Shown here: positions 20,484 to 28,833 of the stretch, piece by piece
Layout of the letters: each line of letters starts with the position of its first letter
Position numbering within the stretch: position 1 is the stretch's first letter
Assembly (NCBI GenBank): GCA_021299855.1
Contig: JAJTEY010000010.1
Coordinates: forward strand, 1-63,516
From: Bacteroidota bacterium
GTDB lineage: Bacteria > Bacteroidota > Bacteroidia > Palsa-965
Length of the DNA: 63,516 nucleotides
Direction: 5' to 3'
Translations under genes and position numbers: made by a program
Notes under the pieces: generated by a model
Databases searched by the model: none
Seen by the model: only the letters and a program-made list of their open reading frames with translations
What the model was told of the DNA's origin: nothing

Positions 20484-21888
20484 TCAGTTGAAACATATAC
20501 ATTTCATTGGCATTGGCGGTATCGGCATGAGTGCTTTGGCTCGCTATTTCCTTAAGTCGGGCAAAACGGTTTCAGGTTATGATAAAGTGCGTTCTGAAAT
20601 TACGGATGCTTTGCAGAACGAAGGCGCACAGGTTTATTTCGAAGAGCGCACGGACTTCGTGAAGTTGCTGACTGATAAGTATGATGAAAACGAATTGTTA
20701 CCGGTGTATACTCCGGCTATTCCTGCAAATCATGCTGAATTACAATTCCTTCACTCGATTAAGCATACAATTAAAAAGCGCGCTGAAGTTTTAGGGATTA
20801 TCACTTCCGGAGCTAAAACACTTGCAGTTGCCGGTACACATGGTAAAACTACCACTACAACTTTATTGGCGCATTTATTGAAATCATCCGGAAAAAATGT
20901 CTCTGCATTCTTGGGTGGTATTTCCAATAATTACGGAACGAATTTGCTCTTAGGTAATCCGCTATCTGAAACCGATGAACATTTTGTCGTTGTAGAAGCA
21001 GATGAATATGATCGTTCATTCCTGCATTTAAAACCATATATATCTATAGTTACAGCAACCGAACCGGATCATTTGGATATCTATGGAACTGAACAGGAAA
21101 TGTTGAATGCTTATGCCGAATTTGTAAATCAAATTTCTGCACAAGGTGCATTAGTATATAATCGTAATGCAACCCAAATCAACTTGAACAATGCAACATG
21201 CACGCAGCTTTCGTATTCCATTCGTAACAACGCTGATGCTATTGCAACGAACATTCATATAGCGAAAGGTCTGTACGTTTTCGATTATAACTTCAACGAT
21301 GTAAAATACGACCGTTTAAAGTTAGGATTGCCCGGACGACATAACGTTGAAAATGCCGTGGCTGCAATAACAGCTGCTACTTTGGTTGGCTTGAAGGAGT
21401 TTGATATCAGAGTGGGCTTGGAAAGTTTTAACGGTGTTGGACGACGTTTTCAAAAACAACTGCAATCTGAAAAGCTCGTAGTGATTGATGATTACGCACA
21501 TCATCCTACAGAAGTTCAGGCATGTTTGAGTTCTGTTAAAGAATTGTATATCGGTAAAAAGATTACAGCTGTTTTTCAGCCGCATTTATTTTCACGTACT
21601 AAAGATTTTCACAAAGAATTCGCAGCTGCTCTTTCCCTCGCTGATCAGGTGTTGTTAATGGATATTTATCCTGCACGTGAGCTTCCTATTTCCGGAGTAA
21701 GTTCAGCAATGATTCTGGAACATATTACTTCGGCACAAAAACAATTGGTACATGCCAATAGTGTTACAAGCGAGTTGCTGAATAATCACGGGGATGTTGT
21801 TGTGTTCATGGGTGCGGGTAATATCGAATTGTTGGTAAAGCCGTTTTGTAAAGCATGGTTGCAGAAAGAGAAGGAGGTGTTGTCATGA
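20476..21888 (+). CDS. murC: UDP-N-acetylmuramate--L-alanine ligase
   Basis: 470 aa with HFIGIGGIGMSALA N-terminus and P-loop AGTHGKTTTT. Confidence 0.95.
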   Translation: MYSQLKHIHFIGIGGIGMSALARYFLKSGKTVSGYDKVRSEITDALQNEGAQVYFEERTDFVKLLTDKYDENELLPVYTPAIPANHAELQFLHSIKHTIKKRAEVLGIITSGAKTLAVAGTHGKTTTTTLLAHLLKSSGKNVSAFLGGISNNYGTNLLLGNPLSETDEHFVVVEADEYDRSFLHLKPYISIVTATEPDHLDIYGTEQEMLNAYAEFVNQISAQGALVYNRNATQINLNNATCTQLSYSIRNNADAIATNIHIAKGLYVFDYNFNDVKYDRLKLGLPGRHNVENAVAAITAATLVGLKEFDIRVGLESFNGVGRRFQKQLQSEKLVVIDDYAHHPTEVQACLSSVKELYIGKKITAVFQPHLFSRTKDFHKEFAAALSLADQVLLMDIYPARELPISGVSSAMILEHITSAQKQLVHANSVTSELLNNHGDVVVFMGAGNIELLVKPFCKAWLQKEKEVLS

Positions 21889-22685
21889 AGCGTTTCATTC
21901 GTCCCGTATTGTGGACACTCTTTCTAGTCGGAATTATTGCAGTTACAGGATTTTCAGTAGGTCGCAATGCTGATCGTGTATGCGAAAATTTAAAAATAAC
22001 AATCGATTATCAGGGTGCAGGAATCTTCCTTACTGGAGAGGATATCAAGGAAGTATTGGAGCAGCAGCAAACTCCGGTAATCAGACAACAACGATCGGAA
22101 ATTGATGTGTTATGGTTGGAACAACAAATTGGTAAACATCCGGCCGTGCAATATGCTGACGTTTTCTCCAATGTAAATGGTGACGTAACGATTAATGTAA
22201 CGCAGCGAAAGCCAATCGCTCGCATTGTTACGGTTACGAATGAATCCTACTACATGGATAGCAGAGGTTTCATAATGCCATGGTCGGATAAATATGCCGC
22301 GCCGTTATTGCTGATCAACGGAAGAATTGCAGATTCTTATGGCAATTACTATCCGTACAACTTTAGTCAGATTCCTGCTGATTCTGCCATAAAGACTAAC
22401 TATATGCTTGATGACGCATGGCACGTGGCTGCAGCAATCACTGCAGATTCATTTTTGACCGCGCAAATTGCTCAAGTGTATATATCGAGTGCTCGTTCCA
22501 TAGAATTGATTCCGCGAATTGGAAGTCATGTTATAAAAATTGGTGATGTAACCGATCTTGATAAAAAGCTAAAAAAACTGATCCTTTTTTATAGGAAGGG
22601 TCTATCTCAAACCGGTCGTTGGGAGGATTATGCTATCATCGATCTACGTTTTAATAATCAAATTGTCTGCACCAAAAAACAATAA
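21885..22685 (+). CDS. ftsQ: cell division protein FtsQ
   Basis: About 266 aa from ATG 21885 (ATGA overlap with the murC stop, AAGGAGG upstream). One N-terminal TM followed by a POTRA-like region. Sits between murC and ftsA. Confidence 0.8.
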   Translation: MKRFIRPVLWTLFLVGIIAVTGFSVGRNADRVCENLKITIDYQGAGIFLTGEDIKEVLEQQQTPVIRQQRSEIDVLWLEQQIGKHPAVQYADVFSNVNGDVTINVTQRKPIARIVTVTNESYYMDSRGFIMPWSDKYAAPLLLINGRIADSYGNYYPYNFSQIPADSAIKTNYMLDDAWHVAAAITADSFLTAQIAQVYISSARSIELIPRIGSHVIKIGDVTDLDKKLKKLILFYRKGLSQTGRWEDYAIIDLRFNNQIVCTKKQ

Positions 22686-22687
22686 AT

Positions 22688-23965
22688 ATGGAATCTGAAA
22701 TTGTAGTCGGCCTTGATATCGGCACCACTAAAATCGCTGCTCTGGTGGGTAGAAAAACCGGACATGATAAAATCGAGATACTTGGAATCGGTAAAGCCGA
22801 ATCGCTGGGTGTTGCGCGCGGCGTAGTTTTAAATATCGACGAAACCGTGAAGGCTATAAAGTTGGCAGTTGATGAAGCTGCAGCAAAATCAGGTGTCGAT
22901 ATTAAAGTAGTGAACGTTGGTATTGCAGGGCAGCACATTAAAAGTGTTCAACATCGCGGCATGAAAACGCGCCGTTCCATTGATGAAGAAATTAGTCAGA
23001 AAGATATCGATGAGTTAATCGAAGACATGTATCGTTTGGTAATGTCGCCCGGTGAGGAAATTATACACGTGATACCGCAAGAGTATATCGTGGATAATGA
23101 AATCGGAATTAAGAATCCGATTGGCATGGCCGGTACACGTCTTGAAGCGAATTTCCATATTATCACAGGGCAAGTTGCCGCCGCTCGTAACATTTACAAA
23201 TGCGTGAACAAGGCGGGACTCGAGGTGCAGGATCTCACATTGGAACCGTTAGCTTCTGCTGATGCAGTATTGAGTAAAGAAGAAAAAGAAGCCGGAGTAG
23301 TGCTCGTTGATATTGGTGGCGGAACTACTGATGTCGCAATTTTTCACGATGGAATCATTCGTCACACTGCCGTAATTCCATTTGGTGGCAACATTATAAC
23401 CGAGGATATCAAAGAAGGTTGCAGCATTATTAAAACCCAGGCTGAATTGCTGAAGATGAAGTTTGGTTCTGCATTGGCCAGCGAAAATCAGGAGAATGAA
23501 ATCGTCTCTATTCCGGGCTTGAGAGGTCGACCACACAAGGAAATTTCTGTTCGCAATCTGGCTAATATTATTCAGGCCAGAATGGAAGAAATCATCGAAC
23601 ACGTGTATTATGAAATCAAGAATAGCGGATTCGAGAAGAAATTAATTGCAGGAATTGTTGTTACCGGTGGAGGAGCTCAGTTGAAGCATATCACACAGTT
23701 AATGGAGTTCGTTACCGGAATGGATACTCGTGTTGGTTATCCTAATGAACATCTGGCTGCAAGTTCTGAAGAAGTGACCAGTCCAATGTTTGCAACAGGT
23801 GTGGGCCTTGTTATGCGTGGATTACAAAATGTTCAAGGTACAAAGCAAAACGAAGTGAAGGAACCTACTAAGGTGAAAGGACATTCCGATGATCGCAAAC
23901 GTGGTGGATGGTTTGATCAGATTTTTACCAAAGGAAAACAGTGGTTTGAAGAGGATTCGAATTAA
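22688..23965 (+). CDS. ftsA: cell division protein FtsA
   Basis: 425 aa, actin-like ATPase with VGLDIGTTKIAALVG, VDIGGGTTDVAIF and VVTGGGAQL. Confidence 0.95.
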   Translation: MESEIVVGLDIGTTKIAALVGRKTGHDKIEILGIGKAESLGVARGVVLNIDETVKAIKLAVDEAAAKSGVDIKVVNVGIAGQHIKSVQHRGMKTRRSIDEEISQKDIDELIEDMYRLVMSPGEEIIHVIPQEYIVDNEIGIKNPIGMAGTRLEANFHIITGQVAAARNIYKCVNKAGLEVQDLTLEPLASADAVLSKEEKEAGVVLVDIGGGTTDVAIFHDGIIRHTAVIPFGGNIITEDIKEGCSIIKTQAELLKMKFGSALASENQENEIVSIPGLRGRPHKEISVRNLANIIQARMEEIIEHVYYEIKNSGFEKKLIAGIVVTGGGAQLKHITQLMEFVTGMDTRVGYPNEHLAASSEEVTSPMFATGVGLVMRGLQNVQGTKQNEVKEPTKVKGHSDDRKRGGWFDQIFTKGKQWFEEDSN

Positions 23966-24066
23966 CAGTAATCAACATTTGCCCGTTTATAAATATCAAA
24001 GCACTACGGAAAATTAAATTGTAAGGTGAACTAATTTTCACGCAATTAATATTAAAACAACAAGAG

Positions 24067-26151
24067 ATGGACTTTTACGGAATATTTGACGAAGACCAAA
24101 ACAACGAACAAGAACAGAAGTTCGAGATGGGATTCTTTAACACATCCGGAGCCATGGAAGATTCGGGTGATGCAGCTGATAGCAATTCTGAGGTTAACGC
24201 TGATGCTTCAAATGAGGCAGGAGTTTTCGAATTTGATATCGTCGGTGAACAGGAAATATTCGATTCTGAATTTGAAGAGAAAATCACATCTGTAAGTGAA
24301 GAAAGCCAAATGCTAGCTTCACAAGAAACGATTGTTGTTATGGAGCTGGAAAATGAAACAACAAACAATATCGTGAACCGGGAGGAAGAGGAGTTGATGC
24401 CGCAAAATAGTGTAGAGTCGAAGGTAATGAACGAAGTCGAAATGATTTTTGAAACACCGTTTCCCGTTACCGAAGCTGATCCTTTAGGACTAGTGGGCGC
24501 TGCAGCCTTCGTGCAGCAAGAATTTGAAAACACAACACAACATACAAACACTCAAACAGATTTAACTATGACTTTTGATTTACCCAATCAGTCTTCCATC
24601 ATCAAGGTAATTGGTGTAGATCTCGGTGGTCGCCGTATCATTAAAAACAAAAATCGCATGGGAATTAAAGGTGTGGATTTTGTCGTATGCAACACCGATA
24701 AGCAGGCATTAGACATGAGTCCGGTTCCGAATAAAGTAGTACTTGGTGCAACACTTACTGAAGGTCGTGGTGCAGGATCTATTCCTGAAGTTGGTCGTAA
24801 TGCTGCAATTGAAAATATCGAAGATATTCGTCAGCTTCTTGCTAATAATACCAAGATGGCATTTATCACTGCAGGTATGGGCGGTGGAACAGGGACAGGT
24901 GCAGCTCCTATCATTGCAGGTATCGCTAAAGAATTAGGTGTACTTACTGTTGGTATTGTAACAGTTCCATTTGCGTTTGAAGGAAACAAACGTAAGCAGC
25001 AAGCTGAGCATGGATTGGAACAACTAAAGCAAAACGTAGATACATTGCTCGTTATCTGTAACGATAAGTTGCGTGAAATGTACGGTAACTTGAAACTTAG
25101 CGATGCATTCGGTCACGCAGATGATGTATTGACCATTGCTGCGAAGAGTATTGCTGAGATTATCAGCATCTCTCAGCAGATTAACGTGGACTTCGCTGAC
25201 GTTTGCACTGTAATGCGTGATAGCGGCGTTGCCATTATGGGCTCTGCTTCGGTATCAGGAGAGAATCGTGCTGTACGTGCTGTAGAACAAGCATTGATGT
25301 CGCCATTGTTGAATGATAACAATATTTCCGGCGCACGTTATGTGTTGCTGAATATCGTTTCCGGTACGGAAGAAATTACAATGGATGAGTTGGGCGAAAT
25401 CACAGACTATATTCAGGAAGCAGCAGGTCAAACTGCTGAGATCATTAAAGGTTACGGCGTAAATCCTGAATTGGGTGATGCAGTTAACGTAACTATTATC
25501 GCTACGGGGTTCAATCAAAGCAATCCTGTAGCCTACGAATATTCACGTAAACCTGAACAAGAGATAATCGTGAAGCAGTTGGACGAAACTCCGGTACAGG
25601 AATTATTTACACCTCCGGTACAGGAAGTTAAGGCGCCTGAAGCAACTGTTGATCCGCTGGAACCATTCTTGATCTCCAAGAATGAAGAGCCGGTAATCAG
25701 TAATGAAGTACCAAATTCATCTAACGTAATTGAATTTGAAGTAAACAACGTCGCAGAAGTGCAAATGGAGTTTAATATTTCTGAAGTTGAAATGCAGGAA
25801 GAAGAACTCGTTCAGGAGCCGGAATTGCTTGAGCCTGTATTGAAGGTTGTTGAACAAACAGAAAAAAATGAAAGTGTTCAGGAGGAAGTAGTTCGTGTAG
25901 AAAAGGAAGAGCAGCAGCGCAGAATGAGTGATCGTGTGCAGAAGTTGAAAGAGATGAGCTTGAAGTTGAAAACTCAGGCAGGATTAAGCGAAATTGAAAA
26001 CGAGCCTGCATACAAGCGTCGCAATGTTCAGTTGGATAACGTTCCTCATTCTTCAGAAACTCAGGTGTCTCGTTATACCTTGAGCGAGAACGAAGACAAG
26101 AAGATCGAAATTCGTCCGAACAATTCATTCTTGCACGATAACGTAGACTAG
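24067..26151 (+). CDS. ftsZ: cell division protein FtsZ, atypical (167-aa acidic N-terminal extension; T1 glycine loop substituted)
   Basis: 694 aa. The tubulin/FtsZ core runs from MTFDLPNQSSIIKVIGV (internal ATG 24568) with T4 signature AGMGGGTGTGAAP, then a long linker and the Bacteroidota-type C-terminal peptide (..EPAYKRRN....NNSFLHDNVD). Canonical position after ftsA. Confidence 0.9.
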   Translation: MDFYGIFDEDQNNEQEQKFEMGFFNTSGAMEDSGDAADSNSEVNADASNEAGVFEFDIVGEQEIFDSEFEEKITSVSEESQMLASQETIVVMELENETTNNIVNREEEELMPQNSVESKVMNEVEMIFETPFPVTEADPLGLVGAAAFVQQEFENTTQHTNTQTDLTMTFDLPNQSSIIKVIGVDLGGRRIIKNKNRMGIKGVDFVVCNTDKQALDMSPVPNKVVLGATLTEGRGAGSIPEVGRNAAIENIEDIRQLLANNTKMAFITAGMGGGTGTGAAPIIAGIAKELGVLTVGIVTVPFAFEGNKRKQQAEHGLEQLKQNVDTLLVICNDKLREMYGNLKLSDAFGHADDVLTIAAKSIAEIISISQQINVDFADVCTVMRDSGVAIMGSASVSGENRAVRAVEQALMSPLLNDNNISGARYVLLNIVSGTEEITMDELGEITDYIQEAAGQTAEIIKGYGVNPELGDAVNVTIIATGFNQSNPVAYEYSRKPEQEIIVKQLDETPVQELFTPPVQEVKAPEATVDPLEPFLISKNEEPVISNEVPNSSNVIEFEVNNVAEVQMEFNISEVEMQEEELVQEPELLEPVLKVVEQTEKNESVQEEVVRVEKEEQQRRMSDRVQKLKEMSLKLKTQAGLSEIENEPAYKRRNVQLDNVPHSSETQVSRYTLSENEDKKIEIRPNNSFLHDNVD

Positions 26152-26155
26152 TAAG

Positions 26156-26599
26156 ATGAATCTGGAAGAGAAAGTTCAGGCTGATATGAAGGCTGCGATG
26201 CTGGCTAAGGATCAACCCAAGCTGGAAGCTATTCGTGCAATCAAATCTGTACTGCTGCTATTAAAAACTTCTCCTGATGGTTTAACGGAAGAGTCTGCAA
26301 TTAAAGCTTTGCAGAAAGAAGTAAAGAAGCGCAAGGAGACAGCCGAGTTGTATGTTTCGCAGGCACGTCAGGATTTAGCAGATGTAGAAGTATTTCAGGC
26401 TGGTGTAATTGAGTCTTATCTGCCAAAGCAAATGGGTGAAGCGGAATTACGCGATGCACTGAAAGTATTGATTAGCGAAGTAGGTGCGTCCGGTCCCGGT
26501 GATATGGGAAAAGTGATGGGTGCCGCCACTAAGAAGTTTGCAGGTATAGCGGATGGTAAATTGATTTCTGTAATTGTAAAAGAGATATTGAGTTCGTAA
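26156..26599 (+). CDS. GatB/YqeY domain-containing protein
   Basis: 147 aa with the typical YqeY sequence (..DMKAAMLAKD...L.AIRAIKS.....E...R.E.A..Y......DLA..E.....ES.LP). Starts 4 nt after ftsZ. Confidence 0.8.
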   Translation: MNLEEKVQADMKAAMLAKDQPKLEAIRAIKSVLLLLKTSPDGLTEESAIKALQKEVKKRKETAELYVSQARQDLADVEVFQAGVIESYLPKQMGEAELRDALKVLISEVGASGPGDMGKVMGAATKKFAGIADGKLISVIVKEILSS

Positions 26600-26684
26600 A
26601 AATCGTGTGTTGTAAATCTGTGTTTGTGTGTGGAACGTTCGGCTTGTGTGTGTGGCCGGACGTTCTTGTTTTATACAACCAATA

Positions 26685-26715
26685 AAAAAGGCTTCCCGTA
26701 TAGGAAGCCTTTTAA
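26685..26715. terminator. bidirectional intrinsic terminator between convergent genes
   Basis: AAAAAAGGCTTCC-cgtata-GGAAGCCTTTT: a 9-bp stem with flanking A-run and T-run. Confidence 0.75.
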
Positions 26716-26731
26716 CTTATTGATTATGCAA

Positions 26732-27322
26732 TTAGTTAATCGTATGCACCAGCTTCTTGGTGTAAACTTGCCCGTTGATGTTCATCTGAACAAAATAAAT
26801 TCCTGACGAAAGATTCTCAGGAGTCCATACCAACTCATAGTGGCCCGGATTCATTTTGTCTTTAGCAACAACCGCAACTTTCTTTCCGGTCATGTCAAAA
26901 ACAGAAATCTCCACATCACCTACAGTAGCCAATGAATAATCAATGGTCAACTTGTTGGTGAATGGGTTTGGTGATGCGCTGATAGCATTCACGGTTGGTG
27001 CAATCTCGGTGATACTTGTTGCAGTTACCGCTACGTTCTGACAACTTGTTGCGTTACATGATGCAGTATCTGCCAAATCAAAGAAATACGCACATACCTG
27101 ATAAGTGCCGGCAGCAGCATACGTTTGAGAAGCTGTTTGGCCAATCCCGATTTGTGAATTGCCCCAATCCCAGCCATAAGTTGGAATTGTAGCAGTTCCT
27201 GTACCAACAGCCGAAGCATTAACGGTTAAACCGTTGGTGGTGTAAGTAAAAGTAACTTGGCACTGCGCTTGAGCAGCCAATGCTAATGTTACACTCGCAA
27301 TTAACGTGTAGAGTTTTTTCAT
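26732..27322 (-). CDS. T9SS type A sorting domain-containing secreted protein (PKD-like N-terminal domain)
   Basis: 196 aa with signal peptide MKKLYTLIASVTLALAAQAQ and a PKD-like WDWGNS..Y..AGTYQV segment. The C-terminal Por-secretion CTD pattern is SPNPFTNKLTIDY...VEISVFDMTGKKV........G.YELVW....L.SGIYFVQM. Confidence 0.85.
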   Translation of the reverse strand: MKKLYTLIASVTLALAAQAQCQVTFTYTTNGLTVNASAVGTGTATIPTYGWDWGNSQIGIGQTASQTYAAAGTYQVCAYFFDLADTASCNATSCQNVAVTATSITEIAPTVNAISASPNPFTNKLTIDYSLATVGDVEISVFDMTGKKVAVVAKDKMNPGHYELVWTPENLSSGIYFVQMNINGQVYTKKLVHTIN

Positions 27323-27388
27323 GCAAAAAGTGGTTTTAGTTTGTAATCAAATTTAATCAGGAAATTCAAACTAAATACACCAATTGTG

Positions 27389-27703
27389 CTAATCCGTCTG
27401 ACTTTTTAAGATGTTTTGATCCAATAACGTCCCAAATGGTACAAAATGGCCAAGCGGAATAATATCAAAACCAACAACTCCTGCGCGTACTAACGGGAAT
27501 GTATCCAATATGCGACGTGCTTCTTCGGTGTCCGCACATTCAAGAACCAGCACAGTTCCCGGGCGATCTTTACGAAAATATACTTCACGAATAATTTCTT
27601 TTGTCTGTAACATCCACACGTGCAATGCTTCGCGAATCACAACACCTCGAATGTTTTCTTCCGTAGCCGAAGGAAGTATTTTGTCTATAGCCAGTATTTT
27701 CAT
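27389..27703 (-). CDS. hypothetical small protein (possibly ferredoxin-like / muconolactone-isomerase-like fold)
   Basis: 104-aa ORF with ATG start in a co-directional minus-strand gene string. No diagnostic motif recognised. Confidence 0.45.
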   Translation of the reverse strand: MKILAIDKILPSATEENIRGVVIREALHVWMLQTKEIIREVYFRKDRPGTVLVLECADTEEARRILDTFPLVRAGVVGFDIIPLGHFVPFGTLLDQNILKSQTD

Positions 27704-27729
27704 GATTTGTGCTTTTGATTAAAGGTAAA

Positions 27730-28587
27730 CTATTCGTTGGAAATATACTTGCCCCGCATTTTTCCATTGCCCATCGGAATGTTAAAACCTGCAGTAACCA
27801 ATGCCATGCCGTCCCAGAATTTGTGAGAAATCATGGCATCACCGGTAGCAAATACATTTCGGAAATTACAGAACACTCCTTTGCCTGTTGTTTCAAGAAA
27901 TAAGTACTTCAGGAATACCGTACGAATACCGGCTTCAATTCCATATACTTCTCCTGCAACATGAAAGTTGTGATTAACGCGCTCTCCGAACAACGTTACG
28001 TCTGAACGAGGAACAACAATCCCTGCACCAACCTTGCCAACTGCAAATACGGATAGCAATGGCTTTTGCCACAGCGGTATTCTACCCATAAAGTTGAACA
28101 TTAAAAAATTGGCACCATCGGTATGTTCCATCGCGAGGAAGTGATGACTGACCAAAGTATCCTGATCATAAGTTGTTCCGTAAATCTGTCCGGTTAACTT
28201 AACGGTTTGGTAGTTGTAAAGTATGTATTTGGAGTGATCAAAATTTATTTCAACACCAAACATACTTCCGGGCAACCAATAACCCATACGATAGCTGTAC
28301 TGAGGAATACTGATAGCTACTCGAAAAATATCTTGAACCTGCGGCCTGTCATACGCACGCATATCATGAAGAATGAAATCAAATTTTCCATTTGGATCAT
28401 GCACGTGAATATCCGACTTGGAATACCAGTTTTTGTTGTATCCGAAACTAATGTAATAAGTTCCTTTTTTATCGTTTATCGGACGTTGTTGCTTAACCCC
28501 GAAATAATCGCGTAGATTGGATTCTTCTTGTGAATTTCCTTCAGTTGCTATGGAAAAAACAAGCAGTGTAAATATTAAACGAATCAT
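27730..28587 (-). CDS. hypothetical secreted / outer-membrane protein
   Basis: About 285 aa from ATG 28587 with signal peptide MIRLIFTLLVFSIATEGNSQ. Aromatic-rich alternating pattern suggests a beta-barrel. The track ORF start at 28632 lies upstream of the signal peptide and is less likely. Confidence 0.6.
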   Translation of the reverse strand: MIRLIFTLLVFSIATEGNSQEESNLRDYFGVKQQRPINDKKGTYYISFGYNKNWYSKSDIHVHDPNGKFDFILHDMRAYDRPQVQDIFRVAISIPQYSYRMGYWLPGSMFGVEINFDHSKYILYNYQTVKLTGQIYGTTYDQDTLVSHHFLAMEHTDGANFLMFNFMGRIPLWQKPLLSVFAVGKVGAGIVVPRSDVTLFGERVNHNFHVAGEVYGIEAGIRTVFLKYLFLETTGKGVFCNFRNVFATGDAMISHKFWDGMALVTAGFNIPMGNGKMRGKYISNE

Positions 28588-28748
28588 TTTTGAACGCGAT
28601 TTCTGGAGTAATCGATAATCAGCAGCATACAAAAAGGAAGTGCGTGTACTGCTACGATTCCCGGATAAATTCCTGCAATTTTTAATGCGATGGTTGCTAC
28701 AATCACAACGCCCAAACCGATGAAGGCAATTTTTCTCAACTTCGACAT
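28584..28748 (-). CDS. candidate 54-aa small membrane protein
   Basis: Hand-translated: MSKLRKIAFIGLGVVIVATIALKIAGIYPGIVAVHALPFCMLLIIDYSRNRVQK. It has two hydrophobic segments, and its TGA overlaps the ATG of the downstream gene (ATGA at 28584-28587). Below the size cut-off of the ORF track. Confidence 0.35.
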   Translation of the reverse strand: MSKLRKIAFIGLGVVIVATIALKIAGIYPGIVAVHALPFCMLLIIDYSRNRVQK

Positions 28749-28783
28749 AACCGTAATGTTTTTCTAAAGGTAAGTATTACGAA

Positions 28784-28816
28784 ATAAAAAAAGCCCGGAA
28801 GTGAACCGGGCTTTCT
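28784..28816 (-). terminator. intrinsic terminator downstream of groEL
   Basis: The minus strand reads AAGCCCGG-ttcactt-CCGGGCTTTTTTTATTT, 18 nt after the groEL stop. Confidence 0.8.
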
Positions 28817-28833
28817 TTATCATCAGTTATAAT

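Noticed and set aside
24075-24551. 158-aa Ser-rich ORF antisense to the ftsZ 5' extension
   Set aside because: It is the complement of a Glu/Asp-rich (GAA/GAT) coding stretch, so this is a typical shadow ORF. It has no motif and no independent signals.
24618-24623. AGATCT (BglII) palindrome at the edge of the aberrant FtsZ patch, considered as a sign of engineering
   Set aside because: A single 6-bp palindrome is expected by chance many times in 63 kb and cannot support a claim of manipulation. It is mentioned only as a landmark.
25772-26215. 147-aa minus-strand ORF over the ftsZ 3' end and the yqeY-like start
   Set aside because: It is a shadow ORF opposite the Glu-rich FtsZ linker. The plus-strand genes are well supported.
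26600-26684. TG-rich tract (GTGTGTGG.. repeated) after the yqeY-like gene, considered as a repeat element or small RNA
   Set aside because: It contains only short imperfect TG runs with no stable structure. It is most simply a 3' UTR preceding the bidirectional terminator.
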